Below the pieces are notes generated by a model. It worked only from the letters and a program-made list of their open reading frames with translations, was not told the origin of the DNA and made no database searches. Below, piece after piece: positions 54,776-64,000 of a stretch of DNA of 64,000 nucleotides. The DNA is taken from the NCBI GenBank assembly GCA_030018415.1, contig JASEGC010000001.1:55261-119260 (forward strand), written 5' to 3'. Each line of letters starts with the position of its first letter. The stretch's first letter is position 1. The stretch is from Candidatus Aenigmatarchaeota archaeon. GTDB lineage: Archaea; Aenigmatarchaeota; Aenigmatarchaeia; CG10238-14. The translations under genes and the position numbers were made by a program.

Positions 54776-55852
54776 ATGAGCGTTAACCCAGAAGACTATT
54801 TACTCCTCATGTTTTCGATGAAGGGTGTAGGTAAGAGAGTCGATTTTGCTCATGTAAAAGAGAAAATAACTCGCGATGTATCAAAATTATCAGATGATGA
54901 AATAAGAAAGATTCTTTCGAGTTTAACCCAAAAGAACCATCTTGAAGAAGTGAAAGGAACGTTTGGGATAACAAAAGGAGGTAAGGAATTCTTTGCTCAA
55001 AGAATCAAAGAAATAGAAGAAGATTTGAGAAAAGTTAACGAGCCTTGGGTTATCGTTTATAAGTCAAAGCAGTATTATCCTGTTGTTGCCGATACTGTGT
55101 TAGAATTCTGCAAGAATAGATATACTGGGTTCTACTGTTTATTCACAGAACAAAGATTTTTTAGAAGGGATTTCAGAGGAAAGAAGATTGTATTGAACTC
55201 TGTAAAAGATTTACTCTTTTTCATCAACATCCATTACATAGATGTCATACCCTGCGTGCATCGCATTGGAATGGAAAGACCAGACTGGCTTGTGGTTGAC
55301 ATTGATCCTGGACCGAAAGTTGATTTCGAGCAGACAAAACAAGTTGCAAAAATAACTTATAAGATATTTGACGAATTAAAATTAAACCCCATGACGAAGT
55401 TCTCTGGCTCTCGCGGCTTCCAGGTTTGGTCATTGATCGGGGGGTTCGAGATACCTGAAAAATATCAACCTTTAGCCTTGAGAGGCGAGAGCAAAAGAGA
55501 GAGGAATTACTTTTCTTTATTTGCTGACTTTGTAAGAATAATTCAAAAAGAAGTGGATAAGGAAGTTCCGGGATTAACAACTTCTGAAACCTTGGGAAAA
55601 AAAGAAAGAGAAGACAAAATTTTACTCGATTCAGCGAGCATGAAGCCGATGGGTCTAGTACGCTCACCTTATTCAGTACATTCAAAGACTGGCCTTGTTT
55701 CTCTACCTCTGTCTATAAGTGAACTGGAAAAATTTGAAGTAAAAGACGCTACAACTGAAGAAACGATCGAAAGATACAAAAAAAGAGGAAACGAATTTGT
55801 CTTAAAAGAATCTAATCCGTCAAGACTTCTAAATCTATTCAAATTTTCTTGA
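54776..55852 (+). CDS. wHTH fused to LigD-PolDom-like primase-polymerase (AEP)
   Basis: N-terminal wHTH (GITKGG wing), PDWLVVDIDPG, KFSGSRGFQ, ILLD, RSPYS...TGLVS.P. Confidence 0.8.
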   Translation: MSVNPEDYLLLMFSMKGVGKRVDFAHVKEKITRDVSKLSDDEIRKILSSLTQKNHLEEVKGTFGITKGGKEFFAQRIKEIEEDLRKVNEPWVIVYKSKQYYPVVADTVLEFCKNRYTGFYCLFTEQRFFRRDFRGKKIVLNSVKDLLFFINIHYIDVIPCVHRIGMERPDWLVVDIDPGPKVDFEQTKQVAKITYKIFDELKLNPMTKFSGSRGFQVWSLIGGFEIPEKYQPLALRGESKRERNYFSLFADFVRIIQKEVDKEVPGLTTSETLGKKEREDKILLDSASMKPMGLVRSPYSVHSKTGLVSLPLSISELEKFEVKDATTEETIERYKKRGNEFVLKESNPSRLLNLFKFS

Positions 55853-55914
55853 AAATGTTCTATTGATTTAACTTTTTAACGACAAAAGAGAATATATTCT
55901 TAGAAGGTGATTTT

Positions 55915-56199
55915 TTGCCGATATCTACAGCACCATATAGAAGAAAATACCAGCATACACGTCAACGTGGATCAGAAGCGACAATCAGATGTGATAAATG
56001 CGGAAAATTAGTGCCAAGATGGAAGACTTTCATATCTTACAAAAGTTTCAGGATAAACGACCCGATTATACTTAAACAAATGGATAGAAGATTCCTACAT
56101 TTTATGAGAGAAAAACAGAGAGTATGCCCTAAGTGTGCAAGATTCTATCATGTCGTTCAAAGGGGAAAATCTGTTAGGAAAAAACATTTGTTCAAATGA
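55915..56199 (+). CDS. rps26e: 30S ribosomal protein S26e
   Basis: RG....IRCDKCGKLVPR.K...C.KCA....VV; SD AGGTGA, TTG start. Confidence 0.75.
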   Translation: MPISTAPYRRKYQHTRQRGSEATIRCDKCGKLVPRWKTFISYKSFRINDPIILKQMDRRFLHFMREKQRVCPKCARFYHVVQRGKSVRKKHLFK

Positions 56200-56203
56200 T
56201 AGA

Positions 56204-57970
56204 ATGGCTCTTCAAAAGATAAAAGAACTTAAGGGAATTTTATGGAGGAGAATTGTTCAGCCAAAGGAAAAAGAAGAAGAAATAATCTTACCCAAATTTC
56301 AGGTTGAAAGCCCTAAAACTTTTGTTGAATTACCCTCTGCTGAATACATAACTAAGATTGATGTTAGGTATCCCTTGATACTGCCTTTTGCCTATGCTCA
56401 CATAAAATGGGAACCAAGAGAAAAACAATTGAAGTATTTTCTAGAAGAACCTGCTTTATCCGAGAAAGAAAAGGTTTTTTTAGATAAAATATCCCAAGCG
56501 TTGATAGACCTCATAGAAGTTGGTCTCACATCCATTAAATCCACTCCACAAGCCATGCAATACCTAGAAGAACAGATCAAAAGAGTGATGAAAGAACTCT
56601 CTATCTCGATAAGTCCCGATCAATACATCAGGACCATGTATTACATCTTTAGAAACTTTGTAGGTTTAAATGAAATAGAACCACTTTTGCGAGATCCTTG
56701 GCTTGAGGATATAGGTTGTGATGGAGTAGGAGTTCCGATTTACGTCGTACATAGAAAGTATGGCTCCATCAAGACGAGCGTAGTCTTCGAAAGTGTAGAA
56801 AAACTGCGTGAATTTGTAATAAAATTGTCTGAAAGATGTGGAAGATACGTGAGTTACGCCGAGCCGATCCTAGATGGAACATTACCGGACGGAAGCAGAG
56901 TGAATGCTACCCTAGCAGGAGATATAGCAACAAGAGGACCAACATTCTCCATAAGAAAATTCACTGAGAGACCTTTTTCTCCCGTGGATCAAATAGAACT
57001 TGGTACGATTTCTCCCTTGGCTATGGCATATTTTTGGTATCTGGTCGAGAATGGCGCATCTTTGTTGATCGCGGGTGGTGTGGCAACTGGAAAGACGAGT
57101 TTTCTCAACTCTATATGCATGTTCATCCCTCCTGAAGCGAAGATTGTAAGCATCGAAGATACACGCGAATTGAGGATACCACATGAACACTGGATACCGA
57201 CTGTTACTCGCTTAGGCTTTGGCATACCGATGCTGACAGGAGAGAAATACGGTGAAATAACTCTGTTCGACCTTTTAAAAGGTTCATTCAGGCAGAATCC
57301 AGATTATGTGATCGTCGGGGAAGTGAGGGGTAAGGAAGCATACGTCATGTTCCAGGGGATGAGCTCTGGACACCCTTGTTTGGCCACTTTCCATGCTGGT
57401 TCAGTCGATACAGTCATCAAAAGATTAACTACGCCGCCAATAGAATTATCGGCAAGCCTAGTAGAAAGCTTGGATGTAATCGCCATAATGGTTTATGCAA
57501 AAGAGAGAGGGAAGTCTGCAAGAAGAATAAAAGAAGTGGATGAGATCGTATCTGTTTCTCATGAAACTCACGATGCAGAGGTTTTTCGTTCAGTCGAATG
57601 GGACCCAAAAGAAGACACCTTCACTTTTAACAAAAGTAGCTATCTTCTCCAAAAAATAGCGCATAATAGAGGGATTACTGTGGAAGAAGCAATAGAGGAA
57701 ATCACAAGAAGGAACGCTATTCTTGAATGGATGCTTAAGAATGGGATTAAAGATTATGTTAAAGTATGTCAAATCATCAACGAATACTATAAGAGCCCGG
57801 AAAAGATACTGAAGCAAGTCGGGGCCATAAAGGCGATCGAAGAAGTAAAGTCATTAAAAAGGGGAGAAGTTCCAAAGGAAAAAGAAAAAATAGAGAAGGA
57901 AGGGGAAGTTAAGCCCAAAAAAGTACCTATCAGTGAAATATTCAAGTTCAAGATAATCTCGGAAAAATAA
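56204..57970 (+). CDS. Type IV pilus/archaellum-type secretion ATPase
   Basis: LPDGSR, GGVATGKTS, SIEDTREL, RQNPDY.IVGEVRG, TFHA. Confidence 0.93.
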   Translation: MALQKIKELKGILWRRIVQPKEKEEEIILPKFQVESPKTFVELPSAEYITKIDVRYPLILPFAYAHIKWEPREKQLKYFLEEPALSEKEKVFLDKISQALIDLIEVGLTSIKSTPQAMQYLEEQIKRVMKELSISISPDQYIRTMYYIFRNFVGLNEIEPLLRDPWLEDIGCDGVGVPIYVVHRKYGSIKTSVVFESVEKLREFVIKLSERCGRYVSYAEPILDGTLPDGSRVNATLAGDIATRGPTFSIRKFTERPFSPVDQIELGTISPLAMAYFWYLVENGASLLIAGGVATGKTSFLNSICMFIPPEAKIVSIEDTRELRIPHEHWIPTVTRLGFGIPMLTGEKYGEITLFDLLKGSFRQNPDYVIVGEVRGKEAYVMFQGMSSGHPCLATFHAGSVDTVIKRLTTPPIELSASLVESLDVIAIMVYAKERGKSARRIKEVDEIVSVSHETHDAEVFRSVEWDPKEDTFTFNKSSYLLQKIAHNRGITVEEAIEEITRRNAILEWMLKNGIKDYVKVCQIINEYYKSPEKILKQVGAIKAIEEVKSLKRGEVPKEKEKIEKEGEVKPKKVPISEIFKFKIISEK

Positions 57971-57999
57971 AATACTAGGAAAACTAATTCTATTATTGT

Positions 58000-58878
58000 A
58001 TGTTAACGAAATACAGGAATTTTGCAGTTAGGTTGCTGGGTTGGGTTCCTGATAAATATCCGGATATACTCAGGCCTGTTGCATCCACGCTTCCAAAATC
58101 CGGCATCAGGATTCCGCCAAAAAACTACGTGAGTGCCGTTTGTTTAACGGCCTTTATCGGCTACATCGTCACTTTGATCACGTTATCTGCACTCGTCTTA
58201 ACTGTATTGAAGCTGAACATCTTTTTGACAACTTTCTTCATAGTATTCATTCCCTTACTTGTCGCCGTTATAATCTTCATAGTTGGGATGTTCTATCCCT
58301 ACCAGATGGTTCTGTCGCGCAGAAAAAGTATCGAGACAAACCTACCTTTCGCTATCTCACACATGGGGTCCATCGCTTCTTCTGGCATACCTCCTCAGGC
58401 TATCTTCAAGTTACTCAGTGAATTCAAGGAATACGATGTTCTGGCAGATGAGATGCAAAAAATAACAAGAAATATAGAGGTATTTGGTTTAGATCCGATG
58501 TCTGCCTTGAAAGAGGTATCCAAAAGGACACCATCAGATAAGTTTAAACAATTGTTGCAAGGCTTGATAACGACGATGGAAGGAGGAGGAGATCTCAAGA
58601 CATACTTGAAGAATGCTGGAGAACAATCTCTGTTTACTTGGAGGATGAAGAGGCAAAAATACTTGCAGCAGTTATCGACGTATGCTGAATTCTACACTGG
58701 AATCCTGATAGCATCACCGCTATTCTTGATTTCTTTGTTTTCAATCATGAACATGATTCAACCTCAGCTGGGAGGATTCGATATATTACAACTGATGAAG
58801 ATAAGCGTATACTTGATAATACCAACACTCAACCTCGGTTTCTTGTTATTCTTACACATGACACAAGTTGAGATGTAG
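58000..58878 (+). CDS. Type II secretion F-family platform protein (PilC/TadC-like)
   Basis: LPFA..HM..IASSG, RTPS, GGDL..YL. Confidence 0.88.
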   Translation: MLTKYRNFAVRLLGWVPDKYPDILRPVASTLPKSGIRIPPKNYVSAVCLTAFIGYIVTLITLSALVLTVLKLNIFLTTFFIVFIPLLVAVIIFIVGMFYPYQMVLSRRKSIETNLPFAISHMGSIASSGIPPQAIFKLLSEFKEYDVLADEMQKITRNIEVFGLDPMSALKEVSKRTPSDKFKQLLQGLITTMEGGGDLKTYLKNAGEQSLFTWRMKRQKYLQQLSTYAEFYTGILIASPLFLISLFSIMNMIQPQLGGFDILQLMKISVYLIIPTLNLGFLLFLHMTQVEM

Positions 58879-59700
58879 ATGAAAAAGATAAAAGCGATAA
58901 TGATAATCAATGGAATAATAGTGGCATCGATTGTATTACTAGACTTTCTGTTCTTTAAAGAGGTCTCCAGCCTATTCTCTTCCATCATCATCATCGCCAT
59001 CGTCATGTTTTTCGTTCCCATAGCCTTGGTTCGTTGCTATGAAGCGTGGAAGGTAAGAACGTTGGAAGATTTCTTCCCTCAGTTCATGCGTGATTTAGTA
59101 GAATCCGTAAGGTCTGGAATGACCCTACCTCAAGCGATCGAATCAGTTTCTGAGAATGATTATGGTCCCTTGAGTTCACACATAAAAAGAGTGAATGCGC
59201 AGTTGAACTGGGGTATACCTTTTGAAAACGCACTCTTGAAATTCTCTAGAGGTACAAGATCTAAGTTGATCGGAAGAATAGCCACGACGATAATAGAAAG
59301 CCATAGATTTGGCGGAAACTTAACGGATATATTTGATGCCATAAGCACGACTTCAGTGGAAGTGGAGAGGTTAAGGGAAGAGAGAAAACTCTACATAAAT
59401 TCTCAATTGATAACTGGCTACATAATATTCTTTGTATTTTTAGTAGTTATAATCGGTCTGGAGAAATACTTAGTTCCCACATTATCACAACCTCTGGCTG
59501 GTGAATTGTCTGCACAGGCTTCTCCTCAGGATATGAGTGGAGAGTACAAGGCGATGTTCAGGAACCTTATCATGTTACAAGGATTATTTGCAGGTTTAGT
59601 CATAGGTAAGATGGCTGAAGGAGCAGTGACAGGAGGAATAAAGCATAGCCTCTTCCTTTTTATAGCAGGTTTGCTGATATATACGATAACGACTGGATGA
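58879..59700 (+). CDS. Type II secretion F-family platform protein (PilC/TadB-like)
   Basis: FP.F.RDL.E..RSGMTL..A, GG....IF, GL..GK..EG....G.KHS. Confidence 0.88.
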   Translation: MKKIKAIMIINGIIVASIVLLDFLFFKEVSSLFSSIIIIAIVMFFVPIALVRCYEAWKVRTLEDFFPQFMRDLVESVRSGMTLPQAIESVSENDYGPLSSHIKRVNAQLNWGIPFENALLKFSRGTRSKLIGRIATTIIESHRFGGNLTDIFDAISTTSVEVERLREERKLYINSQLITGYIIFFVFLVVIIGLEKYLVPTLSQPLAGELSAQASPQDMSGEYKAMFRNLIMLQGLFAGLVIGKMAEGAVTGGIKHSLFLFIAGLLIYTITTG

Positions 59701-59712
59701 TCAGTAGCTCGA

Positions 59713-60150
59713 TCATGTAATCGTTATCACGTCGTTAAAGGAAATTTCGTCGTTGACATTAGAGCAATTGGTTATAACTCTGATTTTGTCATAATTGCTC
59801 GTATTCACTATCGTGAAAGGTTTTCTTTCTCCTGGTTCCAAAGTCATGTTTTGATCCGATTTTTCTCTTGTTCCGTTCGTATAAAAAATCTCAAAGTCTA
59901 TGTTTCCCAAGTCAATTATATCTGTGTTCTCAACGAATCCTTCCGTCAAATTTCCAGCAGTTTGATTGTATTTTACGTCATCGAGAGCAATACCACCATA
60001 CGTGCAAGTTACTCTTTTTTCTGAACGTTCCCCCACCTCTTCAGTAGTCCTTTTCGTGAAAGAGGTTATCCATCCGCTGTACAAGGCAGCAACAGCTATC
60101 GTAAAAGCGATGAGTAGGACAGAGGCAATCACGGGGGATATCCCCTTCAT
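59713..60150 (-). CDS. Archaeal type IV pilin
   Basis: Class III signal peptide KG|ISPVIASVLLIAFTIAVA. Confidence 0.88.
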   Translation of the reverse strand: MKGISPVIASVLLIAFTIAVAALYSGWITSFTKRTTEEVGERSEKRVTCTYGGIALDDVKYNQTAGNLTEGFVENTDIIDLGNIDFEIFYTNGTREKSDQNMTLEPGERKPFTIVNTSNYDKIRVITNCSNVNDEISFNDVITIT

Positions 60151-60154
60151 TCTT

Positions 60155-60583
60155 TCACCTGATTACTCCCTCAGAATAAGTGAAGTCGAGAAAGACTGTA
60201 GGACAATGAGTCTTGATCTTTCCGCCAGTAAAGCCATCAGTAATGTTTGTTAGAGTGAGTTGTTTTATCTCATTACCCTTTAACACAACATTTAATGGAA
60301 CTGTTTCCATACTGTTGTCTGGATAGAATAAGTACAAATTCTCTAAAGTTAGGTCAACAGTCCTACGGTTATCGAGAAATAAGACAAGAGTACCATTAGC
60401 GAAGTTTGCAGAATGTATCTTAAATTCTGCACCGAGACAAGCAGTTTCATCCGTCACATTTCCTGATTCAGATAGTCTTTTTTGAACGAAGCCTGAGGTC
60501 CAATAAATGAGAATACCGGCTATGCTCATCGTCGCAGCTATCAATATGACTGCCCCAACAATTATGGACAAACCTTTGCTCAT
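60155..60583 (-). CDS. Archaeal type IV pilin
   Basis: KG|LSIIVGAVILIA signal peptide. Confidence 0.85.
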   Translation of the reverse strand: MSKGLSIIVGAVILIAATMSIAGILIYWTSGFVQKRLSESGNVTDETACLGAEFKIHSANFANGTLVLFLDNRRTVDLTLENLYLFYPDNSMETVPLNVVLKGNEIKQLTLTNITDGFTGGKIKTHCPTVFLDFTYSEGVIR

Positions 60584-60655
60584 AATGATTAATTGATTTT
60601 TTTCGGTAATAAAACTTTCGTTAAATATTTAGGTACACAAACTCTAATCTTATGC

Positions 60656-61231
60656 ATGAAAGGAGTATCAAAATTCATAAGTTATGCGATAACAATCTTG
60701 TTTGGTTTCACCATCTTGATATTTCTTTCCACACTCATCTACAACTATTACGATGAAATAATACAAAATACGATAAAAGCCGAACTGAAACAAATCTGCA
60801 TACAAACGGCAAACAGCATAATTCAGCTTCATAATCTAGCGAAGGAATTTGATGCTTATCCTGAAACTAATTCTTCAATCATCATTTCGAGTATAGATCT
60901 AGACTATCCGAATAAAGTGGGGGGAAAGAATTTTGAAGTTGAACTCTTGTCTTCTCCTGGCATATGGAATTTGGTCACTAACATTACCATCGAAGGAAAA
61001 AACGTGACGATAGTGAAAGAAACTAGCTCCTCTTCTAAGATAGTCGCCAAAACAACTCAAAAACCTATCGTTGTCTATGAATATGATATCCCGAATATAC
61101 CCATAGTTTTGCAAGGAAAGTTTAGATCTGGAGAAAGCGATACTCTCAGGCTCGTCAGATACAACTATAACGAAGATAGGATTATCCTTGGCGAATCTGA
61201 GATTATAGTTGGAATAACCAGCATAAGCTGA
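60656..61231 (+). CDS. Pilin-like protein
   Basis: KG|VSKFISYAITI class III-like signal peptide. Confidence 0.7.
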   Translation: MKGVSKFISYAITILFGFTILIFLSTLIYNYYDEIIQNTIKAELKQICIQTANSIIQLHNLAKEFDAYPETNSSIIISSIDLDYPNKVGGKNFEVELLSSPGIWNLVTNITIEGKNVTIVKETSSSSKIVAKTTQKPIVVYEYDIPNIPIVLQGKFRSGESDTLRLVRYNYNEDRIILGESEIIVGITSIS

Positions 61232-61267
61232 AGTTAGAAATTTACTCTTAAAAAACAAGTATCATTT

Positions 61268-62563
61268 ATGAACTACGTTGACTTCACGATAGCAGCTTCA
61301 TTCTTTTTGATTTTTTTCGCACTCGCTATAATGTTTACCACCAACTATTTTTCCAATCTATCTAGTTTGACAAAAACCACTGAATTCAGGTCTACTTCGG
61401 AGGATTTTTTTAGACTGTTTTTTGAGAGTAAAGGAGTTCCGAAGGATTGGAATAAGAATTACACCATCGTCCCAGTAAAGATAGGTCTAGCAGAAGATCT
61501 GTACTTAACGCGTGTTTTAGTCAGAGAGAATGCCGGTTTGAACAGGACTAATGAACCTGTTTCTGCACACATAATCTTCGATGAAAATTGTCAGAATAAG
61601 TCGCGGAACAATACCATTCGCCTGTATGATGAAGACTGGAATGAGTTGAACATAGAGATAGCAAACACAACAAATTGCAGTAACACTTACTTGAATCAAA
61701 CTGATATTTCATGGGAATTGAACATCTCTGCAAATCAAACGAAGAAATATTGGGTTTATTATTCTCCTGATGAAACTATTACAGCAAAAGTCTATTCACC
61801 GTTACAGTACAACACTTCAAGCTGGATACCGAGCGATGGGGATAACTGGACAGAATCTTCAAACAACTGGATCGATGGTAGTTGGGGCAATTCTTCTGTT
61901 TCGAGTATAACGACTGATACAGACAGGAAAAAAGGAAGTTACAGCATCAACATAAAGGGAATTTCAGTCGATGATTGGTTGCGTGCAAAATATAATGAAT
62001 CAGGAGCTTGGAATATTTCTGAGTTTAAAAATATCGTCTTCTGGTTTAAGGTCAACAACACACAGAATAACCGATTCATGGTTTGGTTAGAAAGTGGAAG
62101 CGGTGGCTACAACAAGAGCTTTGAGAGCTATGTATTGGCCCCTGAATGGTACAAGATTACCTTACCTTTATCAGAATTCCTCACTTATGGCTCAGGTTAT
62201 AGCCTTGAGAACATTGATAATATAACCATCGGATGCTTTAACGATTCTAACAATGTGTCATTCGAGTTTAAGGTCGATAACCTCCATTTCGAAAAAGAAC
62301 CTCTTGAAGTAAAAGTTTTCCCAGAAGAGCATATCCTCGCAGTTTCATCGAGTAAGTTTGATGTCCTACAAAACATAAGTTATGATGAAGCAAGGAAGAG
62401 CGTGGGAGAAAATTATAAGTTCAGGATGGAAGTTGGGAACGAAACTTATGGTGGGGATTTCAACAAATCAGCCAATGTTGGATGCTGTGAATACCCGAAG
62501 GTTATGGTGAGCAAAAACGGCACGATAAGCAAGAGTTTAGTAAGGATGTGTGTTTGGAAGTGA
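61268..62563 (+). CDS. Pilus-associated protein with carbohydrate-binding-like domain
   Basis: N-terminal D-F hydrophobic helix, G.P.DW motif, W..ITLPLSEF...F.VDNL.F jelly-roll features. Confidence 0.65.
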   Translation: MNYVDFTIAASFFLIFFALAIMFTTNYFSNLSSLTKTTEFRSTSEDFFRLFFESKGVPKDWNKNYTIVPVKIGLAEDLYLTRVLVRENAGLNRTNEPVSAHIIFDENCQNKSRNNTIRLYDEDWNELNIEIANTTNCSNTYLNQTDISWELNISANQTKKYWVYYSPDETITAKVYSPLQYNTSSWIPSDGDNWTESSNNWIDGSWGNSSVSSITTDTDRKKGSYSINIKGISVDDWLRAKYNESGAWNISEFKNIVFWFKVNNTQNNRFMVWLESGSGGYNKSFESYVLAPEWYKITLPLSEFLTYGSGYSLENIDNITIGCFNDSNNVSFEFKVDNLHFEKEPLEVKVFPEEHILAVSSSKFDVLQNISYDEARKSVGENYKFRMEVGNETYGGDFNKSANVGCCEYPKVMVSKNGTISKSLVRMCVWK

Positions 62564-62567
62564 AATC

Positions 62568-62984
62568 ATGAAAGGTCAGTTGTTTACTCTGGAATCGCTC
62601 ATATCAATCTTGATGTTACTTTTTATAGTGGTATACTTGTTTCAAAACCCTCCCACGTCTCCAGAATTTAGAAGAATCAATTATAAATTAAAAGCATACA
62701 ACGGACTAAAAATTCTTGAAGAAACAGGCGAATTGAGGAAAGATGCTGTAGACGATAACTCAACCCGTGCCTGTGAATCGATCAAAACTAAGTTGGACCC
62801 ATTCATACCAGATTTTTTGAATGAAACTTACAGGGTTGTGTTATTCGATGAAACTGGTAATATCACTGAGATACCATCGTTAGCTAGCGAGAACAACATG
62901 CTGTCAGTCAGCTATCTATTAGTTGGAGATATAGGTGATTACAAGCCGAGGGAAGTGAGAGTTTACATATGGGGATTCGAATGA
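62568..62984 (+). CDS. Minor pilin-like protein
   Basis: KG|QLFTLE signal peptide. Confidence 0.75.
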   Translation: MKGQLFTLESLISILMLLFIVVYLFQNPPTSPEFRRINYKLKAYNGLKILEETGELRKDAVDDNSTRACESIKTKLDPFIPDFLNETYRVVLFDETGNITEIPSLASENNMLSVSYLLVGDIGDYKPREVRVYIWGFE

Positions 62985-63604
62985 GTAAAGGGCAAGTATT
63001 CTTGATCACGGCTATAATTATGATAGTAATTTTGGTTATACTTAGAGTGGGAGTTAATCTTCCTGAAACTATGCAAAGAGGTAGAAAATTGGAAGAAAAA
63101 TTTGAAAAAGATTTTTTTGTTGACATCGTTGACGAGTTAGTAAAAGTTATAGAAATATCTTATCATCAACCAAGCAACATAACGAATAATGTTTACGATT
63201 TTGGTAACTTTACAAGAAAAAAGATGACTGAAAAATTGAAAGAGTTTGAATTCATCTACGTTGGATGTATAACTCCTAAATCGAGTGGAATTGCTACGAT
63301 GAATGTTTCAGCGATCAATTTATTGAATAAACCCATCAATCTAACTTTGATCCTGAATGACACACCACCACAAACTCGTAATAATGACAACATGATAGAT
63401 TACAGCATTTATGATACTTCTTTTGATATTAACCAAGGGACTCATTACATTCTTACTGTGAGATACAACGGGACATACGAAGAGAACATAACTATAAAAA
63501 CAAAATCTTGGAAAAGCATATACATTGGATTTTTTGATGTTACTTTAAATGGCTCTAAAACGACATATAAAGATAAGTTCCAGAAGTCATATACTTTACT
63601 TTGA
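62981..63604 (+). CDS. Minor pilin-like protein
   Basis: KG|QVFLITA signal peptide. Confidence 0.75.
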   Translation: MSKGQVFLITAIIMIVILVILRVGVNLPETMQRGRKLEEKFEKDFFVDIVDELVKVIEISYHQPSNITNNVYDFGNFTRKKMTEKLKEFEFIYVGCITPKSSGIATMNVSAINLLNKPINLTLILNDTPPQTRNNDNMIDYSIYDTSFDINQGTHYILTVRYNGTYEENITIKTKSWKSIYIGFFDVTLNGSKTTYKDKFQKSYTLL

Positions 63605-64000
63605 TGAGAACTAAAGCTTTGAGTCCTTACATCGCCTCAGCCCTCTTAATCCTCATGGGGATAACTGCCATTTATTTAACTTTGACAGTGTTGACTCCTG
63701 CCATAGACAAGGCAAGGGATTCTGCCGTTATAAACGAGGCCTTGCAAAACCTAAAGTTGATAGACGACAACATAAGAGAAGTGGCATCGGAAGGAGAAAA
63801 TTCTAAGAGGACATTCTCCCTAAAAGTCACTGAAGGTACTTACAAGGTTGACTCTAACGTTAATCACATAAACTTCACTTACAATATGAAGACTAATTTA
63901 GATGTAGGTGGACAAAGAGATAACATCAACATAACTCGCTCAAAGAATGATATCAACCTCTTCATAAGTTACACAAGACTACAGATTCAAGGTTCTGATC
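63604..64000 (+). CDS. Pilin-like protein (runs off the window end)
   Basis: MRTKA|LSPYIASALLI signal peptide; frame open to the end. Confidence 0.7.
   Translation, partial: MRTKALSPYIASALLILMGITAIYLTLTVLTPAIDKARDSAVINEALQNLKLIDDNIREVASEGENSKRTFSLKVTEGTYKVDSNVNHINFTYNMKTNLDVGGQRDNINITRSKNDINLFISYTRLQIQGSD

Noticed and set aside
1-64000. CRISPR array, rRNA, integrase or transposase
   Set aside because: I saw no regularly spaced repeats, rRNA signatures or recombinase/transposase motifs.

Overview
AT-rich archaeal chromosomal window that looks like a DPANN lineage, probably Aenigmarchaeota-like. That placement is inferred from a fused PriS-PriL primase, a split MetRS, a C-terminally short AlaRS, GGTGA Shine-Dalgarno sites and a type IV pilus cluster. 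It holds mostly housekeeping genes: ribosomal proteins, aminoacyl-tRNA synthetases, a pyrimidine/dTTP operon, S-layer and glycosyltransferase genes, RNase P RNA and five tRNAs. The main hidden signal is pervasive bulge-helix-bulge (BHB, tRNA-type) introns. Seven sit in four tRNAs, several at non-canonical positions and only 10-30 nt long. Three more interrupt protein-coding genes that the ORF track shows as broken or misses. One 31-nt intron lies in RNA polymerase subunit P (rpoP). Two (17 and 22 nt) lie in the active-site motifs of rtcB, the tRNA-splicing ligase itself, which implies the ligase must splice its own mRNA. Cutting each BHB at the standard position restores the conserved reading frame exactly. 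Other oddities: a stand-alone copy of the AlaRS dimerisation helix, a 33-aa acidic Trp peptide, two thymidylate kinases both lacking the P-loop lysine, a CTG start for aIF2-alpha, an Asn synthetase/asparaginase/AsnC module, and several unannotated small RNAs and small proteins. All calls come from reading the sequence; no searches or folding programs were run.
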